The notes: generated by a model from the sequence alone, not told the origin. A DNA stretch of 64,000 nt from Methanobacteriota archaeon (GCA_020696385.1 JAEHCQ010000004.1:96001-160000), one strand, 5' to 3'. Counted from the first letter of the stretch, positions 1-9,152 are shown. Program-made: numbers and translations.

Positions 1-1
1 A

Positions 2-127
2 GTCGATCTGGGAACTGTTAAGAAGGATATCATGGACATCAAAGATGCCGATATCAAGGATATCAAAGGAACTGATATCGATAATATCGAAGAAGATACA
101 CCAAGTATGAACAATGGGATGGGATAG
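2..127 (+). CDS. 3' end of an upstream gene (partial), probably the acidic C-terminal tail of SMC
   Basis: Open frame VDLGTVKKDIMDIKDAD...NNGMG* ends TAG at 125-127, 1 nt before the scpA ATG. SMC identity is inferred only from the usual smc-scpA order. Confidence 0.5.
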   Translation, partial: VDLGTVKKDIMDIKDADIKDIKGTDIDNIEEDTPSMNNGMG

Positions 128-128
128 A

Positions 129-1094
129 ATGAAATACGACACAGAGGAAATATTGAACCACTTGCTTTTTCACAAGGCAATAATCAAGGAGAACGATGAG
201 GATCTGAACATGGACAATTACCTGTCTTTGCTCCATAAATTGGATGAAGGCATGCATGTTATTATCGAGGATCCTGTTGAAAAGGCGGTTGCCATTGCAT
301 TCCAATTGGTCATGGAGAGCAAGTTCGATCCATGGGACATGGACCTTACTGAATTCACCAAATTATATTTGAAAAGGATAAATAATGATGACGATGTTAA
401 TTTCATAATAGCTGGAAGGCTCATTCTCATGGCCTGGTCAGTTCTCAAGATGCAGAGTGATAAAGTTCTGTTGGATGCGGACAGACCCGAAGAAGTGGAG
501 GAATACTTCTTCGAGGACTGGGATATCATGGAGCATTCCGAGGAGCCATCAAGCTCTGGTTATTTCCAGACTGTGTTGCAAAGTGAGGCCCCCATCATCC
601 AGGAGGCCGTCAGGAATACAGCCACTCGTCAGGTGTCACTCATGTCCCTTCTCGAAGCTTTTGACGAGGCTCGCCAGGAGATCGAATTGAGAAAATTGGT
701 GGGTAAGCGCTTTGATGAACCTGAGATCGAATTCAATCTTTCAGACAATATGCATATGGAGAATCTGGAAGAGAATATCAGTATCACATGGCAGAGAATA
801 TGTAATTGCGACGAAGGAGCAATTCCAATTACACAGGTTTGGAATGACGAGCCCATGGATAGAGTACGCGTGTTCGTGTCCAGTCTCTTCCTGGCCAAGA
901 TGAAGAAGATATCCCTTTCACAGAAAAGATTTCCATATAGTGAGATCATGGTCAAAAATATCGAGACCATGGAGAACACCGAGATGCCATCCATCGAGGC
1001 CGAGATGGATGTCGAGCTGCCTGTTACCTTCGCTACCGACTCCCAGACGGCTGAGGGTGAAAGCATCAGCCTAGAAGAATTAGCGGTGGTGTGA
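129..1094 (+). CDS. scpA: Segregation/condensation protein A (kleisin)
   Basis: FDPWDMDL, LKMQSD, VSLMSLLEAF and C-terminal FVSSLFLA..KISLSQ..PYSEI kleisin motifs; precedes scpB; start placed at ATG 129 after the upstream stop. Confidence 0.9.
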   Translation: MKYDTEEILNHLLFHKAIIKENDEDLNMDNYLSLLHKLDEGMHVIIEDPVEKAVAIAFQLVMESKFDPWDMDLTEFTKLYLKRINNDDDVNFIIAGRLILMAWSVLKMQSDKVLLDADRPEEVEEYFFEDWDIMEHSEEPSSSGYFQTVLQSEAPIIQEAVRNTATRQVSLMSLLEAFDEARQEIELRKLVGKRFDEPEIEFNLSDNMHMENLEENISITWQRICNCDEGAIPITQVWNDEPMDRVRVFVSSLFLAKMKKISLSQKRFPYSEIMVKNIETMENTEMPSIEAEMDVELPVTFATDSQTAEGESISLEELAVV

Positions 1095-1095
1095 T

Positions 1096-1599
1096 TTGAC
1101 AGAAGTCGAGATAGTGGAGGCAATATTGTTCTCTTCCGGTAAGCCGATGACGATCCCTGATATTGCTAGAGCCGGCGACCTGGATGCTGATAAGATACGT
1201 TCTGCTCTCAAAAAGCTCTCCAGATCATACAAGAATCGCAATACCAGTCTTGAAATTGCCAAGATAGGTTCGAAATATGTTCTACAGCTTAGAGAGGAAT
1301 ATAAGAAATCTACCGAAACTGTCGCACAAAGAGAGCTCCCTCATGAAGTGATAAAAACAGCCGCCCTCATAGCCTATTACCAGCCAATGAAGAAGAAGGA
1401 TCTGGTGGAAATGATAGGCAGGCCAGCCAATCCTCATGTGGACGAGCTCAAGAAGCACAGGCTGATAACCGCCGAGCGCGGTGCCCAGGGAAACATCATG
1501 CTGAATACCACGCCCAAGTTCTTCGAATTCTTTGGATTGGAGATGACGAAGCCAGAAGAGCTGAAACAGATGCTGATGAAAAAAGCAGGATTAAAATAA
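1096..1599 (+). CDS. scpB: SMC-Scp complex subunit ScpB
   Basis: VEAILFSSGKP, TAALIAYYQP, TTPKFFEFFGL; TTG start after a GGTG SD-like sequence. Confidence 0.93.
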   Translation: MTEVEIVEAILFSSGKPMTIPDIARAGDLDADKIRSALKKLSRSYKNRNTSLEIAKIGSKYVLQLREEYKKSTETVAQRELPHEVIKTAALIAYYQPMKKKDLVEMIGRPANPHVDELKKHRLITAERGAQGNIMLNTTPKFFEFFGLEMTKPEELKQMLMKKAGLK

Positions 1600-1708
1600 T
1601 CAGCTACTTTTATCATACTGATGAAGAAAGCGGGTCTCAAATAAGACCCACTTTAACTTCATGCTGATGAAGAAGGCTGGGCTTAAATAATTGCCCAGCC
1701 ATATTCAT
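1570..1708 (+). repeat. Three tandem variants of the scpB 3' end (xLMKKAGLK*), each followed by its own imperfect inverted complement
   Basis: 30-bp copies at 1570-1599, 1615-1644 and 1661-1690 differ at third codon positions. Confidence 0.9.
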
Positions 1709-1770
1709 TTATTATTAAAGTAATGTCCACAACTATAAATCCTTAAAGACCTTTCTCAGTACCGAAGCAC

Positions 1771-2832
1771 ATGTCTGGTTTTGAAAAGAGTAAGAGAATG
1801 GAATTGCCCCGAGAGGTCGTAGTAGGTCACGATGCCTTAAATGAGGCTCCCGAGGTCTGCAAACATCTTGGTCTTCAAAACTCCGGTATCCTGGTATGTG
1901 ATGAGACTACCAGATCCATTGCGGGAGATAAGGTCAAAGAACTCCTGGAGGATGCTGGTTTTGATATTGATGTGGTCACGATCAAAGCCGCAGATGGTGA
2001 CACTGTGAACACTGTAAGTTCTTTGGCAACAGAAGGAAAGGCTGGCTTCGCTCTTGGAGTTGGTGGCGGCCAGCCAATAGATATTGCCAAATCCGCCTCT
2101 TTCAATATCAAAATACCATTTCTAAGTATTCCGACAGCGGCTTCTCATGATGGTATCGTATCATCCCGAGCCTCGATAACAATGGGCGGCGTTAAGAAGT
2201 CACTTGACGCACATACTCCATTGGGGGTCATCGCTGATACCGGGATCATATCACAATCCCCGCATAGGCTCTTAGCGGCCGGTTGTGGGGACATTATATC
2301 CAATCTCACCGCAGTTAAAGATTGGAAATTGGCTCAGAGGCTGAGAAATGAGGAATACAGTAGCTATGCGGCCACGCTTTCCGAGATGGTTGCCAAGATC
2401 CTAATTGAGAATGCGTCACATATACGACCTGGCCTGGAGGAATCATCCTGGACCGTGGTCAAAGGTCTTGTGTCCTCAGGGGTTTCGATGAGCATTGCTG
2501 GCTCCTCAAGGCCAGCAAGCGGCTCCGAGCACAAATTCTCCCATGCCCTTGACATGATATGTGAAAAACCCGCCCTGCATGGTGAGCAATGCGGGCTGGG
2601 AACGATAATGATGATGTATCTTCACGGCGGTGATTGGGAGAAGATCAAGGAAGCTCTTTGGATAATCGGAGCTCCCACAACCGCCAAGGCCGCTGGCTTA
2701 TCAAATGATGATGTGATAAACGCACTGGTCAAAGCCCATGAGATAAAGCCCGATAGGTACACGATACTGGGCTACAAGGGAATGACCATAGACGCCGCAG
2801 AGAAATTGGCCAAGACCACGATGGTGATATGA
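1771..2832 (+). CDS. egsA: sn-glycerol-1-phosphate dehydrogenase
   Basis: GVGGG..IDIAK, PTAASHDGIVS, SSRPASGSEHKFSHALD, LHGEQCG. Confidence 0.97.
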   Translation: MSGFEKSKRMELPREVVVGHDALNEAPEVCKHLGLQNSGILVCDETTRSIAGDKVKELLEDAGFDIDVVTIKAADGDTVNTVSSLATEGKAGFALGVGGGQPIDIAKSASFNIKIPFLSIPTAASHDGIVSSRASITMGGVKKSLDAHTPLGVIADTGIISQSPHRLLAAGCGDIISNLTAVKDWKLAQRLRNEEYSSYAATLSEMVAKILIENASHIRPGLEESSWTVVKGLVSSGVSMSIAGSSRPASGSEHKFSHALDMICEKPALHGEQCGLGTIMMMYLHGGDWEKIKEALWIIGAPTTAKAAGLSNDDVINALVKAHEIKPDRYTILGYKGMTIDAAEKLAKTTMVI

Positions 2833-3257
2833 TGAGTATGTTGACAGTAGTTGGCGTAAGCCTGGCAAAGAAAGGCACGGAGATCATTTTTCTAGGCCCC
2901 CTATCTGAATGTAAGGTGTGTAAGGTCAAGAATATATGTTTTCATCTTGACAAGGGCAGTCATTACAAGATCGTCGGGGTAAGAGATGTCAAGCATGGAT
3001 GTGAAGTTCATGAAGATGGAGTCAAGGTCGTCGAGATCGAGAAGATACCTTTCAAGGCGGTCATGGACAAGAAGAAGGCCATTGATGGCTCTACCATGGC
3101 CTTTGAGTTACCAAGCTGCATAGAGAGAGGATGCGAGCATTATCTGCTGTGCTATCCACCGGGACTGGCTTCCAAGAATAAGGTTAAGATCCTATCACTG
3201 GATGGCAAGGTGGAGTGCCCTGCAGGCATGGCAAGAGTTAAGGTCACTCTTGAGTGA
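2829..3257 (+). CDS. UPF0179 family protein
   Basis: LTVVG..LAKKG, CxxCxxxxxC and HxCxxH patterns; typical position after egsA. Confidence 0.85.
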   Translation: MMSMLTVVGVSLAKKGTEIIFLGPLSECKVCKVKNICFHLDKGSHYKIVGVRDVKHGCEVHEDGVKVVEIEKIPFKAVMDKKKAIDGSTMAFELPSCIERGCEHYLLCYPPGLASKNKVKILSLDGKVECPAGMARVKVTLE

Positions 3258-3361
3258 CCTATATGATTTCGAGTAGGTGAGGGCGATTTTTCTTTTGGAT
3301 TGGAAACCTTGTTCTTTTGGAGCCCGAGCCAGCACAGAAATCAATAAAAGAAAAGGCTTCC
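3258..3361 (+). mobile_element. Small structured non-coding insert (copy 1) between duplicated UPF0179 3' ends
   Basis: Flanked by 75-bp direct repeats 3183-3257 and 3362-3436 (4 mismatches); homologous to 50203-50380. Confidence 0.7.
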
Positions 3362-3436
3362 GTTAAGACCCTATCACTGGATGGCAAGGTGGAGTGCCCT
3401 GCAGGTATGGCAAGAGTGAAGGTCACTCTTGAGTAA
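3362..3436 (+). repeat. Displaced second copy of the UPF0179 3' end
   Basis: Encodes VKTLSLDGKVECPAGMARVKVTLE* versus VKILSLDGKVECPAGMARVKVTLE* in the gene. Confidence 0.95.
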
Positions 3437-3520
3437 TTAATCAAACCAAACTAGGTCATTTAGAGTTTACATATTCTATACAATGAGCCTGTGGAAATAT
3501 ACCGGTTCTAATAATTTACA

Positions 3521-5470
3521 TTAATCTTTCAATTCAGGAAGATCACGATATAGGTCCACAGCTTCCGGATTCCCAAGAGCGTCCTTGTTCTTCACTTCTT
3601 TGCCATGTATGGCCTTTCTGACCGCCAGTTCCACCTTTTTCCCATTTATCGTGTATGGGATATCGGCGATCTGTATCACCTTGGCCGGCACATGCCTTGG
3701 AGTGGTGCTTGTTCTGATGGTGCCACGTACCTTGGCGATAAGATCATCATCCAGTTCATAGCCCTCCTTCATCTTCAGAAATATGATCACCCTGACATCA
3801 TTGTCCCAGTCTTGTCCAACAACAAGACTGTCCTCTATCTCTGCCATGTTCTCCACAACACGATAAATCTCCGCAGTGCCGATCCTCACACCTCCAGGAT
3901 TGAGGGTCGCATCGGACCTTCCGTACATTATCACTCCGCCTCTTGAGGTCACGACAACATAATCTCCATGATGCCAGATATTCGGATAGGTATTGAAATA
4001 AGCCGCTCTGTATTTCTTATCATCCGGGTCATTCCAGAAATATATCGGCATTGAGGGAAAGGGTTTTCTGCAGACCAATTCGCCCTGTGTGTCGAATACG
4101 GGTTTACCGTCATCATCCAGAGCCGCTATGTCCATACCCAGACCACGGCATTGAAGCTCTCCGGCATATACTGGCAGGATCGGATTTCCAAGGGTGAAAC
4201 ATGATACTATATCGGTTCCTCCAGCGATCGAAGATAGAATAAGATCCTTCTTGATATCCCTGTAAACATATTCAAAGCTCTCGATCGACAATGGTGAGCC
4301 AGTGGATAGCATTGCTCTTACTGAAGGCAATGCTCCCTCCTCCAGTTTGACTCCAGCTCCTTCGATCGATGCAATATATTTGGCACTGGTTCCAAAAACG
4401 GTCATCTCCTTTTCTTTTGCGAATTCGAAAAGCGCATATGGATCTGGATAGAATGGGTTACCATCATAGAGCATGATAGTGGCTCCGACAGCCAATGAAG
4501 ACACCAGCCAGTTCCACATCATCCAGCCGCATGTGGTGTAATAGAATATGTTATCATCCCTGGTCAGGTCAGTGTGGAGAATGAGCTCTTTAAGGTGCTG
4601 GATAAGGGTTCCACCAGCACCATGCACTATACATTTTGGCACTCCTGTTGTTCCCGAGGAGTACATGATGTAAACTGGATGATCGAAGGGAAGCTGTTCG
4701 AATTCAATATCCAGCCCATGTTCCTCGGAGGTGAAATCATCCAGCATTATGGCATTGGACAGTCCGCTGATATCTGGCGACTGCCTTGTGTAGGGGACCA
4801 CGACTATCCTTTCCACTGAAGGAAGCTCGGTAATTATTTCAGAGATCCTCTCAAGCGAGCTGAACTCCTTATCCTTGTAAAGATAGCCATCGGCCGTGAA
4901 GAGAACTTTGGGCTGTATCTGGCCAAAGCGATCCAGCACTCCTTTTATTCCAAAATCCGGGGAGCAGGAAGACCATATCGCGCCGATGCTCGTAGCCGCG
5001 AGCATCGCGATTATCGATTCAGGCATATTGGGCATGAACCCTGCCACTCTATCGCCTACTTGAATTCCCATATCGCGCAAAGCTTTTGCTAGCTTCGCGA
5101 CCTCGTCATACAGCTCGGCATAGGTGATGGTTCTATTTATCCTGGCCTCGCCCTTGAATATTATCGCTGGCTTATCGTCCTTGAATCGAAGTAAGTTCTC
5201 GGCAAAGTTCATTTCAGCGCCTATGAACCATTTGGAGCCAGGCATTATGTCGAGGTTATCGACAACAGTATCGAAATCTTTGGAGTGTTTGATATCTCCA
5301 AAGGACCACATATCTGCCCAGAAATCGGGGATCTCATTGATGGACCAGTTGAATAATTCATCATAATCTTTAAAATTCGTGCCACGCCTTTGATTCACGA
5401 ATTCCATGAACCTGGTCATATTCGCTTTTTTGATATTTTCCTCTGTTGGCTCCCAAAGTGATTTTGCCAT
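3521..5470 (-). CDS. Acetoacetate--CoA ligase
   Basis: YIMYSSGTTGVPKCIVHGAGG, YYTTCGWMMWNWLVS, GRSDATLNPGGVRIGTAEIY, NGKKVELAV. Confidence 0.93.
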   Translation of the reverse strand: MAKSLWEPTEENIKKANMTRFMEFVNQRRGTNFKDYDELFNWSINEIPDFWADMWSFGDIKHSKDFDTVVDNLDIMPGSKWFIGAEMNFAENLLRFKDDKPAIIFKGEARINRTITYAELYDEVAKLAKALRDMGIQVGDRVAGFMPNMPESIIAMLAATSIGAIWSSCSPDFGIKGVLDRFGQIQPKVLFTADGYLYKDKEFSSLERISEIITELPSVERIVVVPYTRQSPDISGLSNAIMLDDFTSEEHGLDIEFEQLPFDHPVYIMYSSGTTGVPKCIVHGAGGTLIQHLKELILHTDLTRDDNIFYYTTCGWMMWNWLVSSLAVGATIMLYDGNPFYPDPYALFEFAKEKEMTVFGTSAKYIASIEGAGVKLEEGALPSVRAMLSTGSPLSIESFEYVYRDIKKDLILSSIAGGTDIVSCFTLGNPILPVYAGELQCRGLGMDIAALDDDGKPVFDTQGELVCRKPFPSMPIYFWNDPDDKKYRAAYFNTYPNIWHHGDYVVVTSRGGVIMYGRSDATLNPGGVRIGTAEIYRVVENMAEIEDSLVVGQDWDNDVRVIIFLKMKEGYELDDDLIAKVRGTIRTSTTPRHVPAKVIQIADIPYTINGKKVELAVRKAIHGKEVKNKDALGNPEAVDLYRDLPELKD

Positions 5471-5578
5471 ATTATTGTCTCCCGAGTGGTCAAGGCTAAA
5501 TTGATTTAAAAAGATGTCGAAGACTCATAATATACGCAATCATTATTAATTCGATAATATTAGCCCCTCTCAGCAGGT

Positions 5579-5662
5579 GCGGGGATAGCTCAGCCTGGTA
5601 GGGCGCAGGATTGCTAATCCTGTGTTGGTAACAACTCGGGGGTTCGAATCCCCCTCCCCGCG
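5579..5662 (+). tRNA. tRNA-Ser(GCT)
   Basis: GCGGGGA/TCCCCGC acceptor stem, CAGGA-TT-GCT-AA-TCCTG anticodon arm, long variable arm, TTCGAAT loop. Confidence 0.95.
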
Positions 5663-5686
5663 CTCTTTTATTTCAATCGCAAACAT

Positions 5687-5772
5687 GCTGAGGTAGCTAA
5701 GCCCGGTTTAAGGCGCTGGCCTTGAGAGCCAGTGGGAGCAATCCCTCAGGAGTTCGAATCCCCTCCTCAGCG
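5687..5772 (+). tRNA. tRNA-Ser(TGA)
   Basis: GCTGAGG/CCTCAGC acceptor, CTGGC-CT-TGA-GA-GCCAG arm, long variable arm; one A.C mismatch in the T stem. Confidence 0.92.
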
Positions 5773-5814
5773 CTCTTTTATTTTCGAACGAGTAGGCTCA
5801 CCGAGCTTGATCAA

Positions 5815-6216
5815 TTATGGTTTTGGTATAAACTTATAACCGTAATGGATCACACCACATTCTCCTTCTTGGCCAAGCTTTCTGAAGACTGATTCGACCT
5901 CTGTTCCGATCTTTATCTCACCGGGCTCGACATCGACGATCTGTCCAGTTATCCTGGGTCCTTCTTCCAGTTCGATTATCGCCATTGTATAAGGTACCTG
6001 CATGGAGAATGCGGGAAGCCCATCATGTACTTCAGTATATGATATGACCACTCCCTTGCCAGATAGTTTTATTTTTTCCATCTTGCCAATGCTTTCCCTG
6101 CGGCATTTCGGACATAGATCTCGTGGTGGAAAATACACAATGTCGCATGCGCCACATTTCTTTCCCTGCATATTGTACCTGCTCTGGTTCTCTCTCCAGA
6201 ATCTTGCAACTTCCAT
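5815..6216 (-). CDS. DUF35 Zn-ribbon/OB-fold protein (thiolase/HMG-CoA synthase scaffold)
   Basis: CxxC..YFPPRxxCPxC plus OB fold ending YGYKF; start overlaps the thiolase stop. Confidence 0.92.
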   Translation of the reverse strand: MEVARFWRENQSRYNMQGKKCGACDIVYFPPRDLCPKCRRESIGKMEKIKLSGKGVVISYTEVHDGLPAFSMQVPYTMAIIELEEGPRITGQIVDVEPGEIKIGTEVESVFRKLGQEGECGVIHYGYKFIPKP

Positions 6217-7385
6217 CAGAATCCCCTCCCGAGAATATGAACTATACAAGTCGAGCCAGTTCCTCCAACATTGTGTATGAGCCCCTTTTCAGCATCCTTC
6301 ACTTGCCTATCGCCAGCTTCGCCTCTTAATTGCAATGTCATTTCAACAGCTTGACCAACTCCAGTGGCTCCCATCGGATTTCCCTTTGCTTTGAGGCCTC
6401 CGGATGTATTGATGGATATCTTGGAGTTCAAAGAAGTTTCACCATCTTCGGTGGCCTTACCGCCCTTGCCTTTCTCAAAGAATCCAAGGTCCTCGATCGC
6501 CATAATCTCCGATATGGAGAAGGCATCATGCACCTCGGCAAGTTGGACATCATTCGGTCCGATACCTGCGTATTTGTAAGCCTTTTTGGAGGCTTCGATC
6601 GTGGCATCCATCCTTGTAAGGCTTGGTCGGTCATGCAGAGCCATATAATCTCCAGCCTGTCCACAGCTCAGGATCTTCACTGGTGAGTCTGTGTATTTCT
6701 TCGCATCCTCCCATGGACACAGTATGACAGCTGCGGCTCCATCCGAAAGGGGCGCACAATCAAAGACACCAAGGGGATCTGCCACCATTGGTGCGTTCAG
6801 AGCCATCTCTATCTTTATCGCTCTCTGGAACTGAGCATCCGGGTTCATGGATCCATTAAGATGATTCTTCACGGCCACTGAGGCCAATTGCTCTTTTGTT
6901 GTGCCAAAATCATTCATGTGTCTTCTTGCCATCATCGCGTACAATGATCCAAGAGTTGCACCAAATACAGCTTCCCATTCCTGGTCCGCGGTGCTTGCCA
7001 GTATCTCAGCTGCTGATTCTTCTCCAACATCCATCATCTTTTCAGCTCCTCCAACGACAACTACATCATGAACACCACTAGCTACCGACATATAAGCCTG
7101 TGAGAGTGCTATACCTCCAGATGCATTTGCTGCTTCCACTCTAACCGAGGGAAGGTTTCTTTCACCAAAACCAGAGTAATCGGCTATGAGAGGGGCGATA
7201 TGCTCCTGATCGATGAGACGGTCAGCCGACATATTTCCGACAAACATAGCATCGATATCATCACCAGCTATGCCAGCGTCTTCCATGGCCTTGAATCCTG
7301 CTTCTATTCCCAGATCTCTGAAGGATCTCTCCCACAATTCACCGAACTTTGTTTCTCCTACTCCGATTATTGCTACTTCTCTCAT
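6216..7385 (-). CDS. Archaeal acetoacetyl-CoA thiolase-family protein with substituted catalytic motifs
   Basis: Thiolase-fold motifs (GETKFGE, PLSDGAAA, INTSGGLKAKG, HNVGG), but VEAANASGG and GNP in place of CASG and GHP. Confidence 0.9.
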   Translation of the reverse strand: MREVAIIGVGETKFGELWERSFRDLGIEAGFKAMEDAGIAGDDIDAMFVGNMSADRLIDQEHIAPLIADYSGFGERNLPSVRVEAANASGGIALSQAYMSVASGVHDVVVVGGAEKMMDVGEESAAEILASTADQEWEAVFGATLGSLYAMMARRHMNDFGTTKEQLASVAVKNHLNGSMNPDAQFQRAIKIEMALNAPMVADPLGVFDCAPLSDGAAAVILCPWEDAKKYTDSPVKILSCGQAGDYMALHDRPSLTRMDATIEASKKAYKYAGIGPNDVQLAEVHDAFSISEIMAIEDLGFFEKGKGGKATEDGETSLNSKISINTSGGLKAKGNPMGATGVGQAVEMTLQLRGEAGDRQVKDAEKGLIHNVGGTGSTCIVHILGRGF

Positions 7386-7386
7386 C

Positions 7387-8439
7387 TTAGACCCCTCCCA
7401 TCTTTATCTTGCCACGGAATTTTGCATAATTCGCATAATCCAGATATATTAGATCTTGATTCGAGCAGTCGAGACTGCACCAATCACCTGTTCTATAATC
7501 ATCAATGGAATCCTTAACCGTTATATCAAATCCATCTGATCCAGCTCCAGAACCATAGGCCATGACAAATATCCTATCTCCTGGAGCGGCGTGATCTAAT
7601 ACATTGGTCAGGCCAAGAGGTACGGCACCGGAGTAGGTATTGCCAATTATAGGTGTGAGCAGGCCGTATTTCATTTGATCTGGCCCGAATCCCATACTCT
7701 TTCCAATTCTCAATGGGAATTTGCCATTTGGCTGGTGGAAAATAGCATGCTGGTAATCATCAGGTTTAGTTCCCATAGCTTGAAAGAGCTTGTGTGAACA
7801 TGCATTGATATGCTTGAAATAAGCTGGTTCGCCCGTGAACCGACCTGCATGTTTGGGATACATCTGTCCCTCCCTTCTCCAGAAATCAGGTGTATCGGTG
7901 GTGTATGACACAGTGTGATTGATCTCCGCTATCAGGTTATCTTTTCCTATCAAGAAGGCCGCTCCGCCTGCTGAGGCTGAATATTCCAATGGATCTCCAG
8001 GTGCTCCCTGTGATGTGTCCGCGCCTATTGCCATCCCATATTTCACCATATCCGATGTTACAAGACCCATGCAGGTCTGTATCGCGGCAGTTCCAGCTTT
8101 GCAAGCGAATTCAAAATCTGCCGCGGTGAGGTCTGGTGCCGCCCCTATGGCTTCAGATACTATTGTTGCCGATGGTTTTACAGCATATGGATGTGATTCA
8201 GAGCCAACGTATATCGCTCCGATATCATCTGGACATACATCGCATCCTTTCATGGCCTTTCTAGCTGCGGTTACCGCGATAGTGATCACATCTTCATCCG
8301 GACTTGGTATGGATTTCATCTGGATGCCCAGGCCTTTTCCGCGAGCTGTTCCATCCACTCCCCAGACCTTTCCAATATTGTCTGGAGTGATCCTGTATTT
8401 GGGCACATACCCACCGTAGCCAACAATACCTACCGTCAT
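7387..8439 (-). CDS. Hydroxymethylglutaryl-CoA synthase (archaeal type)
   Basis: GSESHPYAVKP, EFACKAGT (catalytic Cys), FHQPNGKFP, YGSGAGSD. Confidence 0.96.
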   Translation of the reverse strand: MTVGIVGYGGYVPKYRITPDNIGKVWGVDGTARGKGLGIQMKSIPSPDEDVITIAVTAARKAMKGCDVCPDDIGAIYVGSESHPYAVKPSATIVSEAIGAAPDLTAADFEFACKAGTAAIQTCMGLVTSDMVKYGMAIGADTSQGAPGDPLEYSASAGGAAFLIGKDNLIAEINHTVSYTTDTPDFWRREGQMYPKHAGRFTGEPAYFKHINACSHKLFQAMGTKPDDYQHAIFHQPNGKFPLRIGKSMGFGPDQMKYGLLTPIIGNTYSGAVPLGLTNVLDHAAPGDRIFVMAYGSGAGSDGFDITVKDSIDDYRTGDWCSLDCSNQDLIYLDYANYAKFRGKIKMGGV

Positions 8440-8465
8440 TGTTAAATTCCTCCTGCATGCTTCAT

Positions 8466-9152
8466 TCAATCACCTATTTCTTTAAATCTTTCGAGAAGCT
8501 CATTTCCTGAGAGTTCGGTCACCAGGAGAATGATATTCTCGAGGGTTGCCAGCCTTAAAGCTAGATCATCCACATTCTCTGGTTTTACATAGACCACCAT
8601 GGCTGGTTTCATTGGATGAGCTCTGACAGCTATCATTGGTGATCTTCCATGTTTCACACCAGTGAACAATAGAGCTCTCTCCGTGCTCCAGCCATATATT
8701 TTCATATAATCCTCCGAGGACAATGTCGTGATGGCCTTCAGGCTGTCTATGAGGGTGAATCCATTTATGCTTCTTTCCAGATTCACACCAGGGTTCAGTA
8801 CCTTTGCCTCTATGAGCTCGCAGAATTCCGATGCGTCCAATGATCTTTTGAACTCACCCATTCCGATTATGGCCTCTATTCCTATATCGGCTCCGAACTG
8901 CTTTGTGATCTGGCCACCTCTTTCCTGATCAATGTTCAACAATCCATCCACGATCTTCCTGACTGTGACAACCCCTGGGGATTGTCTTCTGCCTGCTTCA
9001 TAATCGCTTATTACGGATGTGGATATTTTCAGAAAATTTGCAAGATCCTTCTGCGATATCTCAAAAAGAGTTCTCCATTTCTTTATAGTGCTCCCAGGCT
9101 CATTAGATACAGTGATCTCTCCTGCGATCTTTTGCCTGAGCATCTCGGTCAT
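8466..9152 (-). CDS. XRE-type HTH transcriptional regulator (conserved archaeal family)
   Basis: KIAGEIT, SQKDLA..L..STSVISDYEAGRR.SPG, GRSPMIAVR. Confidence 0.88.
   Translation of the reverse strand: MTEMLRQKIAGEITVSNEPGSTIKKWRTLFEISQKDLANFLKISTSVISDYEAGRRQSPGVVTVRKIVDGLLNIDQERGGQITKQFGADIGIEAIIGMGEFKRSLDASEFCELIEAKVLNPGVNLERSINGFTLIDSLKAITTLSSEDYMKIYGWSTERALLFTGVKHGRSPMIAVRAHPMKPAMVVYVKPENVDDLALRLATLENIILLVTELSGNELLERFKEIGD

Noticed and set aside
129-1599. Wadjet/Mks defence locus
   Set aside because: Ordinary ScpA/ScpB with no JetD-like gene; followed by egsA.
1570-1690. Mini CRISPR array
   Set aside because: The repeats are scpB coding sequence varying at third positions, the spacers are only 15-16 nt and self-complementary to the repeats, and no cas genes are present.
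3183-3436. Diversity-generating retroelement VR/TR pair (also 50150-50433)
   Set aside because: Differences are not confined to adenines of a template copy, are mostly silent, and no RT or Avd gene is in the window.
3259-3444. 61-aa minus-strand ORF
   Set aside because: It is the antisense reading of the insert and the duplicated gene end.
5687-5772. Selenocysteine or suppressor tRNA; RNA editing at the T-stem mismatch
   Set aside because: The anticodon is TGA (reads UCA, Ser), not TCA. One mismatch is too little to claim editing.
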